This document shows positions 25,151 through 38,765 of a stretch of 64,000 nt of DNA, piece by piece (positions within the stretch are counted from its first letter, which is position 1; each line of letters starts with the position of its first letter). This DNA is from Chiloscyllium plagiosum (lineage: Eukaryota), in NCBI RefSeq assembly GCF_004010195.1, contig NC_057750.1:16074550-16138549 (forward strand), read 5' to 3'. The notes under the pieces are model-generated. The model was not told the DNA's origin, did no database searches, and saw nothing but the letters and a program-made list of their open reading frames with translations. The position numbers were made by a program, and so were the translations under genes.

Positions 25151-28100
25151 GGTTGATTAAAATTTCCACACTGACAATTTGCTCAAGTACCCACTGTTTA
25201 AATAGAAGCAAACGATTGTATATGCTGGAATCTATAATGAAAACAACAAACGCTGGAGATCCCAGTGGATCAGATAGCATCCATGGAGAGAGAGCAAGCT
25301 CTGCAAGATTGTACTTAGAAATAAACCTGTTAGACTATAACCAGGTGGTGTGTGACGTTTAACTTTATCCACTTCAGTCCCAACACTGGCACCTCCACAT
25401 CATGACCTCACTTTTCAGCTAGGTACTCCAGTCTTTTGGACTCAACCTTAAGTTCAGCAATTTCAGATTGTAATCTCTGTACTCATTTTGTTTTGATTTC
25501 TTTGCCTTTTTCAGTTTGTCTCTCATTTTTGCATTCTGAATGTGCATTCCATGATCCGAATACTACTATTGCTTCTTTTCTACCCTAATATCACTTCCAA
25601 TGGCCTTTCTCTTCTGTTGTTGAATCTCTTCTGTTACTGAATCTCACCTGTTTCCCACAAACTTCACAGAATTGACAGAAACTATTCGGCCCATTGGGTC
25701 CAATCAGTATTCCTGTTATTTTGTGTCATTTAGAAGTTTTGTGATTTCCGTTGAAAGGGTACAGATGTTATTTTTCTTTCTTAAATGAACTTCACCCACC
25801 ATGTTGGGTCTGTGCCGATGTTTCAGCACATACACCACACCCATAGTAATTTTAGTCTTGAGATTGGTGTGTTCACTGTGGATTGACTGAGCCCCTAATG
25901 ACGTTCTCTAGAAAATCCTTCAAAACTCTGCGTACCTCCTGGTATAGTAAACCTGGAATACACTATGCCAGGCCAGTAGATGAATGGCTGGCTAGTGATA
26001 CCCTGAATGTTATCCTGGGACCTTTGTGGTACTACTTTGATCTGCCTTTGCCCAGCCTCTTGTCACTTTCCCCTCTCTTCAACATGGCTTTTTTAATATC
26101 GGGATAAGCATTTTGCATGTTTACCGTTGGCTAAACTGCTGCTCTGTTTTGAAGATTTATTTATTTTATGATAGAACCCCTGGTTCTTTCCATTTTTCCA
26201 CTTGTTAAATGCTTTACAAAGAAGCAATTGAAAGGAATGCATGTTTAATTTGGAAAATGTCTGTGTTTGCTTTTGTTTTTTTTTGGTACTCATTGAGGGA
26301 TATTCCTCCTAGGAAGAGAAATGCTTCCCTTATGTGTTCTGTATGGCAGTGTAAAATTGTACTGCTGAGTATTCCACTGCTAAACATTCCTAGGTCAAGT
26401 GTACCATGGGCATGGCCCAAATCCCTGCTCTAGCAATATGTCCAAATCCAACCTTGAAGCAACAATGCAGTATTATGATCATAAAATTCTTCAGAGAAGA
26501 ATAAAAAATGCTGGAGAAATTCAGGTCTGGCAGCATTTGTGGACAGTGAAGTAGTTAACTTTTTGGGCTGATGACCTTTCAATAGAATTGAATTTTTTCT
26601 GTCACCTTTGTATTAATTTTGATTTCCAACATGTATAGTATTTTATTTTAAAAGTCTTGTGCCTCTTTTCAAATCCCTCTGCAGCCTTGCCGCTCCCTAT
26701 GTCTGTAATATCTTCCAACCCACAGTTTCTCATCTCTGTGCTGCTCTAATACTGGCCTGTTGTGCACCCAATTATAATTGCTTCATCATTGGCGACTGTG
26801 CCTTCAACTGCCTGTGACCCAAGCTCTGGAATTCACTACTTATACCTCCCTATCCCTCTCTTCTACTTTAATACCCTCCTTCAAACCCACCTCTGATCAA
26901 ACATTTGGTCATCTCACCTAATACCTCATTATGCAGCCCAGTGGCATATTTATTTTATAATAGTCCTGTGAAGTGAAGCATTTTGAACGTTTACTAATGA
27001 CTAAGGTCAAAGGTGCTAGATGAATGACTTGTATGTCACCATAATGCTCAAATGAACTTAGCAATTAAACATCATATTAGGAGCACTGGGGATTCTGCTT
27101 TGAAGCTGTGCTTATAATGAGCTGAAGGGTGACTGCTGGGGATCATTTAATGGAGGACTCTTGCAGCTGGTGGAGAGAGGTAATGTTTATTCCCATCAGT
27201 CTTTGCTGATTCATGCTCATTTTGGATGTCAATAGGGAGATGGTGTTGACTAGTCTCCATATTTGCAGAGATTTGCATTGAGCTTGCTGATTGACTTTTA
27301 CAAATATTTTTCTTGATCAAACTTTTGACACAAAAAAATCAAAATTTTAAATTCTACCGTTAAGTTCTGAAACCATAACTGCAGAGAACACTCAACTTCT
27401 GGTGTGTGACATTACTTACTGAAAATGCACAATATATATGTCAGTGCCTGAGAAAGGAAAGCCTGTTAATGTGAAAGATGTGGGCCCTTTGAGCTCACCA
27501 GTGTGATAAGAGAATCATCTGTAAACTTATCCATCTTTTATAATCATTTGCACATTGGTATGTATTTGCAGCAGCACCTGTTCTGAACAAATTTCTTTGT
27601 TATTTTTTGTTGTTACTGTTTGGCAGGCGGATTCATACGACAGGCAGTAGAAGAATGGGTAGCAAACTGGGCACAGAACAGAAAACACATTTTGAGTTAA
27701 GGGTAGCTACTCAGACTAACAAATGGTGGGAAGTGTTGTTCCAGAAGAATCCATGTCGTTTACATTGATAATTTGGACTCTTGAATCCAAAGTACAAATG
27801 CAAACTTTGTGCATAACATCTGACGTTCTTGGTGTATGGGGAAGAGTGGGAGATGGAATGAGGTAAGATTATAGTGATTCTGAGGAAGACTGAGAAATTA
27901 CCAAAGGGTGTAATAGACTTTCAGTGTGGGTATGTCATCAGCTCATAACATCAGCTCATAGAGATATACAGCACAGAAACAGATCCTTCAGTCCAAATTG
28001 TCCATGCCAGCCAAATAAATTTAGTCCCATTTGCCTGCATTTGGAAATGAATTGTAAACAGTGCAGGAAAGTGTGAGGTACTAAAATTTGGTTAGCGGAA

Positions 28101-29414
28101 AATGAGGAAACTGTATGAAAGAGTTAAATGGGGTAGTAAAACAAAATGATTATGGTCCACATACCTCAAATCATTAGAAATATCAAACTGGGATTAGATT
28201 AGGTTGGGATACCTGGTCATTATGGATGAGTTGGAACGAAGGGTCTGTTTCCGTGCTGTACATCTCTATGGTCAGTTGTATTTTGAAGAAAAGCAAACAG
28301 CATTCGGCTTTGCTTTCGGTGACATAGATTTACAAAGCTGTCAACTTATACTGAACTGTGGGACACTATACTTGGAACACTGTGAGCAATTCTTGTTCCT
28401 GTAATAGGATTTAGAGTTGCTGGTGGAAGTGCAAACAATATTTGCAGAAGTGAGAGCCTGTCTCTAGCAAAAATGAAAGAACATGCTTATGGTTCTTTTA
28501 TCTAGGAAAAAGAAGGCTGAAGCCTGTTCTTAGCAGCAGTCTTTTAAATTATGAAGGGGATTGAAAGGGCTGATGTGGAAATGATGTTTTTAGTTGTGAA
28601 GTTGTCCAAATCTCAGATAACCATCAATAAATCCAATTTTTTTTTCAGGAGAATGTGGAAATCACTACCACAAGCTGTAGTCAGAGCTGAACAGGATATA
28701 TGGAATTGGGCTTTTAAAGAAACGGAACTTCTTAAAGTATAACAAAGCAAAACTTGACTCCAAACCAGATGAGAAAATATGGAGGATAACTCAAAGCTTG
28801 GTCAGCTTTGAGGACATCTTAAGGGAACAAAAATGTGAAAAGGGTCAGGGAGGAATTCCAGAGTGAAGTGCTTTGGCAGCCAAAGACCCAGTACAAATGG
28901 TGGAACAATTCAAATTGAGAATGTGGAAAGGTTAGAATGGAGGAGCAAAGAAATCTTTTACGTTTGTAGGATGGGAAGGCAATACAAAGTGATGGGAGGC
29001 CATGGAGGGACTTGAAAATAAGAATGTGAATTTTAAAATTTAGCTGAACGTTTAGCTGGGACCTATATAGGTCAGCAAGCTCAGAAGTGAGAGGTGAGTG
29101 GGGTAAGTATAAATCAGGATACTGGCAACAACTTTTTTCCAGCTCGGCTTCAATGGAATTGTCAAATCTAGTAGCAAAACATGCAAGTTATGGTATGAGC
29201 TGACACAGGAGCAGAGTTTAGCGGTTATGGAGTAGAAATAGGTGACCATAATGAAAGGATTGTTATAAGGAAGAAAGACAGACCAGGGTTTGCTGTTAAA
29301 AGCAAAGTTCTCATCTAATCGATCAGTTACTTGTGAAGCATGGTCATTGTAAATATGCAGATGGAAGTCCATCCGGGGGTCAACTATAATATCAGGCTTA
29401 CAAATTACTTTGTT

Positions 29415-30870
29415 TCACTGTTAGAATGTGACCACAGACAAACACTTAATAATATAAATACTGTTAATATAAAAAGACAAAATACATAATATCAGAATCT
29501 GAGCTACAATATGATCAATGTTATGCAGGCATCGCAGAAGGGAACGAAAGTTTAAAAAATACAAGAAGGATAGTGAGACTGGGTGTTTAATATTCCTGGA
29601 TATACATTGTTCAGGAAAGATGGAAAAGGAAGTAGAGAAGGAGGGTAACATAATTAGCTAAGCAGAGCATCTAGGAAGATGGCTCTGAAGATTTAAATTT
29701 GGCTTGAGCTATAGAACAGAAAAGGTGCAATTACACTATACAGTGTAGTCTACAGACTCACCAACTAGAGGAAAGGATGTGGAGGAACAAGTCTGCAAAG
29801 AAGTTACAGAGAAAGTGGTGGTGGGGATGGGGAGGGGTATAGCTTGAATCAGAGAAGATTAGGTTTAACTTATAGTCAGTAGTTAGAATATCTTGTGGTT
29901 TAACTTTGCTCTGTTTAAAAACTACTGCATTGTTAGTAAGTCGTTAATTCTTTTGTTTAAACTATAAACTTGGTGTCTGGTGTTGGTACCTGGGTGTGCA
30001 CAGATCATTGAAGGTAACAGGACAGATGCAGAGATCAGTGATGAGAGTGTGGTGCTGGAAAAGCACAGCCAGTCAGGCAGCATCCAAAGAGCAGGAAAAT
30101 TGATGTTTCAGGCATAAGCCCTTCATCAGGAATGAGGCTTGTGAGCTGAGGGATGGAATCATTCCTGATGAAGGGCTTATCCCCGAAATGTTGATTTGCC
30201 TGCTCCTCCAATGCTGTTTGATCTGCTGTGCTTTTCCAGCAGCACACTCTTCGACACTGATCTCCAACATCTGCAGTCCTCACTTTCTTCTCCAGAGAGA
30301 TCAATGAATAAAGCGTATAGCATTCTTGGTTTTATTAATTAGAGCAGAGAGCACAAGAGTAAGGAAGTGATGTTTAGCTTGTCAGACCTCAGTTGGAGTG
30401 TTGTGTAGAGTTGTGGGTATCACATTATAGGAAAGATGTGCAAGGGTGCTGAAGTGACTTACTGGAATGATTCCAGAGATGAGGAACTTCAGCAGTTCCT
30501 CCCTGAGAGAAAGCACCCAAGAGAAGATTGGATTGAGACTTTTGAAATCATTAGCAGGTTGGATGGAGTAGATTGGGAGGTACTGCCTCCACTTAAGAAA
30601 GAAAGACCAAGAGAACATAGACTTAGTGATTTGTAAACAAAGCAAGGATGAAGTGAAAAAAAACTTCACAATGAGGTGTTAGGGTTTGGAATGCACTGCC
30701 TGGGAATGTAATGGAATCAATTTCAATTGAGATATTTAAGAGGGCATTGAGTGGTGTTTTGGATAGTAATGGGATATGGGGAAAAAGTAGGAGACTGGCG
30801 TACATAATAAAGCCAGTGCAGGCGTGATGGACCAAGTGACCTCCTTCTGTGTTGTAATAATTTCTCATTC
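29415..30870 (+). mobile_element. Old CR1 remnant (endonuclease part to 3' tail)
   Basis: Decayed ...LNIPGYTLFRKD... region and ...GAATGCACTGCCT...; interrupted by the 30038 mini-element. Confidence 0.6.
30038..30295. mobile_element. Palindromic Penelope-end mini-element inside a CR1 copy
   Basis: Inverted arms, each ending in ATTCCTGATGAAGGGCTTAT; AGAGATCA on both sides (30030-37 and 30296-303). Confidence 0.75.
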
Positions 30871-31781
30871 TATCACCACAATAATCCGCAGTAATTGGCC
30901 TCCTGCTTGATGGTCTCTAATCCTTGATAACTGTCACTTGCCACTCTCTGTCTCTCAGTGCCTGTTCAATGGCTATTGTTGCTCCCTGACACTCTGTAAT
31001 TGTTCCATGGCTGGCATTATTCTCTGCCCCCCCAACTTAGTGCTTACTGATCCTCTTCTGGCTTTTGCCCTTCTCTGTCTTCTGGAAAGTAAGGCTGCAA
31101 ATTTTGGCCTCTATATAAAGTGAGAGGAAGGGATTAGTTGATTGTCACCCATGCTCCTGTACATTCACAATGCAATGTGACATCAGAGACAGCAAGAGCA
31201 GACTGATAAGTTGGAGGGAGAAAGATTGAGGGGGAAGGTCGAGGAGATGGGGAATGGTTATAGAATACAATGGAGGGGTTTTAATAGAGGTGGTGGAAGA
31301 AGTGATCGAATGGTGATCGTATGAGATGGTGAAAGTATTGTAATGGAATGGAGTTGACTTGAGGTGAATCATTTTTGAAGGATGGAATGTGATCGGAATT
31401 TAATAAAGTGAAGGTCCAAATTTCACTCCATGTTTTGTGGGTTACTGCTAATTAGTCAATAAAAAGAGGACTTTTTTGACATCCTGCATATAGACAGTAA
31501 ATGAACAGGATTCTTAAACAAAACCAAATGTAACTTATAAAGAGCTGCATGCCGCTCCAGAGATATTTTTAGCCCACTCCAGTGATACTGAGATTGAGAA
31601 CCTTAACTGATAAAAAGAGGGCATGAGAAATAGAAACCTGGGTTTGCAAGTATACAAATCCTCATAAGATAATAGGAGAAGTAAATGGGATAGTTTAGAA
31701 AAGAATGTCCTAGAATGGTAGCAGCGTTGTAGAATTTCAGTTTTATGCAGAGACTGGAGAAGCAGTGGTTTTTATCCTTTT

Positions 31782-32315
31782 GACCATAAGATATAAGAGC
31801 AGAAATTAGGCTATTCAGCCCATTGAGTCTGCTCTGCCATTCAATCATGACTCATATGTTTCTCGACCCCATCCTCTCACTTTCTCCCCGTAACCCTTGA
31901 TCCCCTTGACAATCAAGAATCTATCTCAGTCTTAAATATAACTCAATGACCTGGCCTCCACAGCCTTATGTAGCAATGAATTCCATGGAAGAAGTTCTCC
32001 TTATCTCCGTCCTAAAAGTTTTCCTTTTACTCTAAGACTGTGCCCTTGGGTCCTAGTCTCTCCTACCAATGGAAACATCTTCCCAACGTCCACTCTGTGC
32101 AGGCCATTCAATATTCTGCAAGCTTCAATTAGACTGCACACACCCCTCCCCCCATCCTTCTAAACTCCATCAAGTACAGATCCAGAATCCACAAATGTTC
32201 CTCATATGTTAAGCTTTTCATTATAGAGCCTCAGAGGTACATCCATGCTTTTATATTCAAGTCCCCTCAAAATAAATGCCAACATTGTATTTGCCTTCCT
32301 AACTATTGACTCAAG
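31782..32315 (-). mobile_element. CR1-clade LINE 3' end
   Basis: GACCATAAGATATAAGAGCAGAAATTAGGCTATTCAGCCC tail, followed by inverted ORF2 C-terminal sequence. Confidence 0.75.
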
Positions 32316-32430
32316 TTTACCACGAGAGAAACCTGTGCTGAGAAGGTTAAGGGAAAATTTAATAGATGTTCATAACCCAAAACGTTGTAATGCTGGTTCA
32401 GAATTTAAAAGACATCCCTTGATTAATAGT

Positions 32431-32745
32431 GGGTGGCATGGTGGCACAGTGGTTAGCACTGCTGCCTCACAGCGCCAGAGATACTGGTTCAATTCCCGTC
32501 TCAAGCAACTGTCTGTGTGGAGTTTGCACATTCTTCCCGTGTCTGCGTGGGTTTCCTCCGGGTGCTCTGGTTTCCTCCCACAGTTCATAAATGTGCAGGT
32601 TAGGTGAATTGGCCATGCTAAATTGCCCTTAGTGTTAGGTGAAGGGGTAAATGTAGGGGAATGGGTCTGGTGGGTTGCTCATTGGAGGGTCGGTGTGGAC
32701 TTGTTGGGCCGAAGGGCCTGTTTCCACACTGTAAGTAATCTAATC
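32431..32745 (+). mobile_element. HE1-type V-SINE
   Basis: Full head, central domain and tail, near-identical to 54691 and 55962. Confidence 0.9.
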
Positions 32746-34932
32746 AAATAACAAAGGGCTTTGGTCAAGTAAACAATGAGAAACTTTTTCAGCTACAGAA
32801 GGTCAGATGACAGAAAACTAGCCAAAGAACCGGAGTAGAGATGACAATGTTTCCTCATATGATGAGAGTGTGGTCAGGAATGCTTTGCTGGAAAGTATTG
32901 TGGAAATAGGGTCAGTAATATTTAAAAGGCAGTTTGATATTGGACATTGAAATGGAGAAATGTGTAGGTCTGTGGGGAAAGAGCTGGGGAGGGGATTTAG
33001 TTGAGAGTTCTACCAACGAGCTCCCACAGGTACAATAGGCTGAATAGCCTCCTTTAGTGTTGTATCTTTTTATTGCGTCTAGTTTAATGCAGTGGTGACT
33101 GAACAGATAAGTTTGAAGGTTTACCACTTGGACCAGAGCAAATACTGTGACAAAACCCTTGGTCAAGAAGGATTTAGATATTATTAAGTGTCAAAGATGA
33201 GTCAGTGCCCATCATAGAAAATGCTGTTGGAAATTTGTGATCTGTACTTGGGCAAAATATGTTATTTAATATGCCCACCTTGCAATATTGGGAGAGGACT
33301 TGAGGAAATTGGTATAAATATTGGGTGTTTAATTCAATGCATGAGGTTTTCAAAATAATTTTAAAATGTGCTGCAGTACCTATCAGTAAACTGGATTAAT
33401 TGATGTAACTAACTAATTCAGGATATAGGAATGAGTAGATTTTCAGCCACTTTTATTTTCTGAAGCATTAATCGCTTCCTCCCATTTGAATCTCCATCCC
33501 TGCTGTTAGTAAAAAATCAGTTTCCTGTGAATAGTAAGTCACCTTCTTTACGAAGAATGCAAGTTAATTTTAAAAATCCATTATACTCAAAAATTTGCTT
33601 GTAATATTGCGGTCTCATGGCTCCCAATGCAGTTAATTAAAAATAGGAAAATATTGTAGTATCCTTACCAATGTGGGTTCATTTTGTCTTCCCCAACATC
33701 CACATTATATTGGCTTTCCATTGTCTGTATGGTTCTATGCTGCAAGACAACTAGAATGTCCTTGTACCCTTAGACATGAGAAAGAATAGGTATCTCTCTT
33801 GTTCCAGTGGGCAGGGAAAAAGTATGTTCACCAAAGCTCAATTACAAGAATGAAATGCATGAATTAAGCAATGGTCAAAATCCCAATTCAGTGCTAACAT
33901 TTATCCACTACGGTGAACTGTGTTCTATGTTTTCTGTGATCAAACAATTGCATCAATTTAGCATTCACAATTGCTGTCAGCCTTTGAAAACTGCATTTTC
34001 ATGTCTGTGTGCTCTTTTTAAGCAAGGTCATAGGTTAATAAGTTAACATCCCCAGTAGTGTTCTCATTTGTTTTCAGAATCTATATAACACAATTATCTC
34101 TTAACCTTGTAATCTAATTTCCCCTGCATCTATTTACATCAAATACATCTGTGGACAAGTCAATTTCTCTAGAGTTCCCTATTGTGACTGTCTTGTATCT
34201 ATGTGGAAATACTTTCTTGACATCTATCCCATTGAACCCTTCAATAATGTTAAAGCTATCAAGCCACCTCATCAGCTCTCTCTCTTCTAGAGAAAAGAAC
34301 CCCAGTTTGTTCAACATTTCCTGACCAGATCATCTGTCTCATAAATCTTCTTGTTCAACTCCTTATTTTTATGGCAGAGACACCAGAATTGCCCCATGTG
34401 TCTGAATGTTGTGTTATCTAATAATGTACAAGTTTAGCATATCATCTCTTGCTTTTCACTTCTATTGCTGTAGAGTCACAGGGTTACTACAGCATGGAAA
34501 TAGATTCTTTGACCCTTCAAGTCCATGCTGATTTTGGTTAGAACAGTCCAAACCAATTCTGTTGTCTTGCTCAACTCCTTTAGCCATGCAATTTCATTGC
34601 CTCATTGCCTCAATTTCCTTTTAAAATGGTGCAAGTGTAAATGAACAACATGCTCTTAGACTGAGATATCCAGGACTTTACCAGGCGCTGCATAAAAATA
34701 GTCTGTCCTCACATTACCATTTCGTGTCTCACCCAGATCCTTAAATATGTGTTTGCTCTTCCTTGTACCATCAGCTGTCTAATTTAATATATGTATTAGT
34801 GTTGCAGGTCTACATTGTTCAAATGAATCTCCAAGTTCGTGAAATAATGTATATAACTCCATAGGAAGTTGCCTAAATTCTGTGCTTTCTATAAATTCCT
34901 TTTCCACTTCAGGCTTTCACTGAATCTACAAG

Positions 34933-35013
34933 ATGTCTGATAGCGATGGTAGCAACTTCACCGATGATGAGAGTTCCCACAGCAGTGAGGCAGAGGAGCA
35001 AGAGGATATTGAG
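34933..35013 (+). CDS. SUPT5H: SUPT5H coding exon 1 (MSDSDGSNFTDDESSHSSEAEEQEDIE); exon begins 34913
   Basis: Polypyrimidine tract and AG at 34911-12, AAGATG start, donor GTACTT at 35014; resembles the SPT5 N-terminus MSDSEDSNF. Confidence 0.93.
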
Positions 35014-35887
35014 GTACTTAAAACTGTGTGAATTCACTTGTTACTTTGTATTTGGAGAAAATGAAATATTGACTCTTTGTGACTAAATGTGCCATCATTC
35101 CCACCCTTCCTCAACTCCTGCTTGTATTTGTGATTGGATTGAATGTTTGAACTCTGAGTAGCTGTAGTTCAGTGATATCACATTTGCTTCTGATTCAGAA
35201 GATTGTGGATCCAAGTCCCACTCCAGGGACTGAGCACAAATAGAAGCAGAACAAAGGTGTTTGCTCCTTTCAACCTATTCAGTAAGATTATGATTGAAGT
35301 TTTGCCCCAGTTATATTTTCCTGCCCTATCCCATGTCTCTCAATTCCCTTTGCATCCAGAAATCTGTCAATGACTGTCTGCAGTTGGGAATTGTTCCACA
35401 TACCTCTTAATAGACAGATATAGATAAAACTCAATCATAGCCATGCTTTTTATTTGGTAGGAGTGAGGCACGGTAAAGGTGAAACTGTTCAATGAGAGGA
35501 CATATTCAGCCAGGAAGAGAGTGGTGATGAATTGGCACTGTTCTATCCTCTTTACAAGGAGGAAGTGAGGAGCTCTTAGACCATCCTGTTAGGGGATGGA
35601 GGTGTAGAGGAATTGGATGACTGTAGTGAAGAGGAGGCAGTTAGGACCAAGCAATGGAAATTATTGAAATATTGCAGGACATTAGAGAAATCCCAAACAT
35701 AACTGTTAAGAGGCTATTCAGTTGGAGAAGAGGAAACGGAATCTAGATAGAAGGAAACAAGTTTGGTGGGATAGTAGCAGGCTGAAATGATGTGTCTGTC
35801 AAGGCTAACCTATTTGTGACTTTTGGGAAGGATGTGGGTGTTGGGGTACTCTGTAGGAACTTATTATCTTAAAGAGTATATCTTCAA

Positions 35888-36894
35888 AGTTTGTGAGAAG
35901 GTTTGTAGCTCGGGTGCTCGTTGCTGTGGTTCTGTTCGCCGAGCTGGAAGTTTTTGTTGCAAACGTTTCGTCCCCTGTCTAGGTGACATCCTCAGTGCTT
36001 GGGAGCCTCCTGTGAAGCGCTTCTGTGGTGTTTCCTCCGGCATTTATAGTGGCCTGTCCCTGCCGCTTCCGGTTGTCAGTTTCAGCTGTCCGCTGTAGTG
36101 GTCGGTATATTGGGTCCAGGTCTATGTGTTTGTTGATGGAGTTTGTGGATGAGTGCCAAGCTTCTAGGAATTCCCTGGCTGTTCTTTGTTTCGCTTGCCC
36201 TATAATGGTAGTGTTGTCCCCGTCAAATTCATGTTGCTTGTTGTCTGCGTGTGTGGCTACTAGGGATAGCTGGTCGTGTCGTTTCGTGGCTAGTTGATGT
36301 TCGTGGATGCGGATCGTTAGCTGTCTTCCTGTTTGTCCTATATAGTGTTTTGTGCAGTCCTTGCATGGGATTTTGTACACTACGTTAGTTTTGTTCATGC
36401 TGGGTATCGGGTCCTTCGTGAGCAAAACTAACGTAGTGTACAAAATCCCGTGCAAGGACTGCACAAAACACTATATAGGACAAACAGGAAGACAGCTAAC
36501 GATCCGCATCCACGAACATCAACTAGCCACGAAACGACACGACCAGCTATCCCTAGTAGCCACACACGCAGACGACAAGCAACATGAATTTAACGGGGAC
36601 AACGCTACCATTATAGGGCAAGCGAAACAAAGAACAGCCAGGGAATTCCTAGAAGCTTGGCACTCATCCACAAACTCCATCAACAAACACATAGACCTGG
36701 ACCCAATATACCGACCACTACAGCGGACAGCTGAAACTGACAACCGGAAGTGGCAGGAACAGGCCACTATAAATGCCGGAGGAAACACCACAGAAGCGCT
36801 TCACAGGAGGCTCCCAAGCACTGAGGATGTCACCTAGACAGGGGATGAAACGTTTGCAACAAAAACTTCCAGCTCGGCGAACAGAACCACAGCA
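35888..36894. mobile_element. Penelope-like element 3' region (GIY-YIG endonuclease) duplicated as an inverted repeat
   Basis: Mirror ORFs 35979..36464(-) and 36352..36837(+) both encode NVVYKIPCKDCTKHYIGQTGRQLTIRIHEH...REFLEAWHS (GIY-YIG). Arms are 35922-~36399 and ~36417-36894. Confidence 0.92.
36818..36857 (+). ncRNA. Minimal type I hammerhead-like motif at the Penelope 3' end (mirror copy 35959-35998 on the - strand)
   Basis: GCA-CTGAGGA-tGTCACCT agac AGGGGA(T/C)-GAAAC-GTT-TGC: CUGANGA and GAAA boxes, stem II hairpin, palindromic stem III, 3-bp stem I. Penelope-like elements are known to carry such minimal hammerheads. Confidence 0.6.
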
Positions 36895-38563
36895 GAGGAT
36901 ATCTCCAGAGGAGTTGAGGTTAGTAATAGAACTAGTTTGATGTTGGTGATGGAATCATGGTCCATTGGTTGTTGGGGTTGTGAAAACAGCACCATCCTTG
37001 TCAGCATGTTTGAAAGCAATGATGAGGTTAGACCTGAGAGATTGGAGTTCAGCGTGTTCTGAGGGAGACAGGTTAGAATGAGTAAGGGCAGTAAAGAAAT
37101 TAAAATGACTGATGTCATGATGAGCATTGAGATACCAGGAGGAGGAGTCTGATTTTTGGGGGAGGAGTGGTGGGAAGGATATGGTGGTAGAATGTTGGAT
37201 GTAGGCGAAACGGTCTGTTGGTTATGAGGAGGACATATGCCCAAGTTAAGTATGTACATGGGTGAAAGGCAATGGTAAGAATTCAAGAGTTGTGCAGAAC
37301 CTAAATTACATTGAGTTTATGGTATAATCGAATAAATCTGAGTCTGTCACTGACTACAGATTATTTCACATCAGAGATGGAAAGTTCAGACTGTAAAGTG
37401 AATACACCCCTTCTAGGTGGGACTAGAAGAATGGATTAGGTCTGAAGAAATAAATGGTGGGGGGATGGGTAGAAATGATCCAGAGGGCAACGGTACCTAT
37501 ATATTGATAGAGGTAGCATTCATTTGCATCTGAAAAGAGAAACATTTTGTGTTAAGGCTATGGATAAGATGAAGAATGAAATGAAACTCAGGACAGCTTT
37601 GACATGGGATGAATCAGTGCTGTTAGAGGAGGTAGAGTCTGCAAATATGGCAACTCATGATATGCAATGTGGGATTCAGCACACACAACAGCAGACTAAG
37701 GAATGTTGTTTATGCACATCATTGCACAGTTGAATCTTTCAAAGGCAGTCTTTTGACACATTTGTCAGAACTTACTTTCTACCGAAGTATTAAGGTTAAA
37801 AATTTGAAATTAGCGCAGCAAAACCAAAAATTGCTAGACTATGTTAATTGTTTTCAGTTTTTTTTAAGAGACTCTAGATATGAGACACATTTGTAGTGTC
37901 ACATGGAAATGAAAAATTAACAAAAGCATCCTATTCTAAGTTGAAAGATTTAATGACATATAGTTGTAATCTTTGGTACTTTTGCTATCTTACCAATCTA
38001 AAGAAGAGAAACCTAAAATAAATCAATGTGAAAGCAGGAGGTAATGTAATAATATGATTGCATCACCTGTAAATGAATTGTGAGAATGAAAATTGAGTCG
38101 CTGAAAACCGAAATTTTGCTCCTGAAATCAAAATGTATCCAGGGCGATATTTTGATTTCCAGATGCCCTCATGACTGCTATTTCCTGTAGTCTTAAATAA
38201 GTGTCAAAAGTCCTTCTAACTGCATCAGGAGTTTTTTGCTCTAACAGCTTCATGTGACTTCTACATTCTTATCATGCTGTATTTAAGGAAGTACCTCATC
38301 AAATTTTTGTTTGATTTATCAGTGATTATTTTGTATTTACACCCAGTTATTCTGGTTTCAGCCACATTCCTCCTATCCAACTACTTCATGAAGACTTCTC
38401 ATGTTTCCACTTAGTACCAGAGAAAAGAACTTTGGTCTACGTAATATTTCCAGATAGTTGTGTTTGCTTAATTCTGACTTGTTGACAGATTCCATTTAGC
38501 TTCTTAATGTTCAAATATTTACTTCTTCATTGATTTGTCTCAGTCTGTTTTGTTGTCATTCAG

Positions 38564-38765
38564 GAGGAGGAAGAGCTTGCCAGTAGGGGCAGTGAGAAAG
38601 CAGAGGTAGAAGGTGAGATAGAGGAAGCGGAAGAAGCTGAAGAAGAGGAGGAGGAAGAAGAGGAGGAGGAGGAGGAAGAGGAAGAAGAGGAAGAGTATGA
38701 TGAAGAAGATGATGACCGACCCAAGAAGAAGCCACGACATGGAGGATTCATCTTGGATGAAGCTG
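38564..38765 (+). CDS. SUPT5H: SUPT5H coding exon 2 (acidic tract, ...RPKKKPRHGGFILDEA)
   Basis: CAG acceptor, 202 nt, phase 0 to 1, donor GTACTG; contains the conserved KKPRHGGFILDEA motif. Confidence 0.95.
38639..38695 (+). repeat. (GAR)19 coding trinucleotide tract encoding 19 consecutive Glu
   Basis: Read directly within coding exon 2. Confidence 0.9.

Noticed and set aside
35979..36837. Two 161-aa GIY-YIG ORFs as a functional nuclease gene pair
   Set aside because: 5'-truncated Penelope ends with no RT. Their N-termini are antisense read-through of the opposite arm and begin at non-ATG codons.
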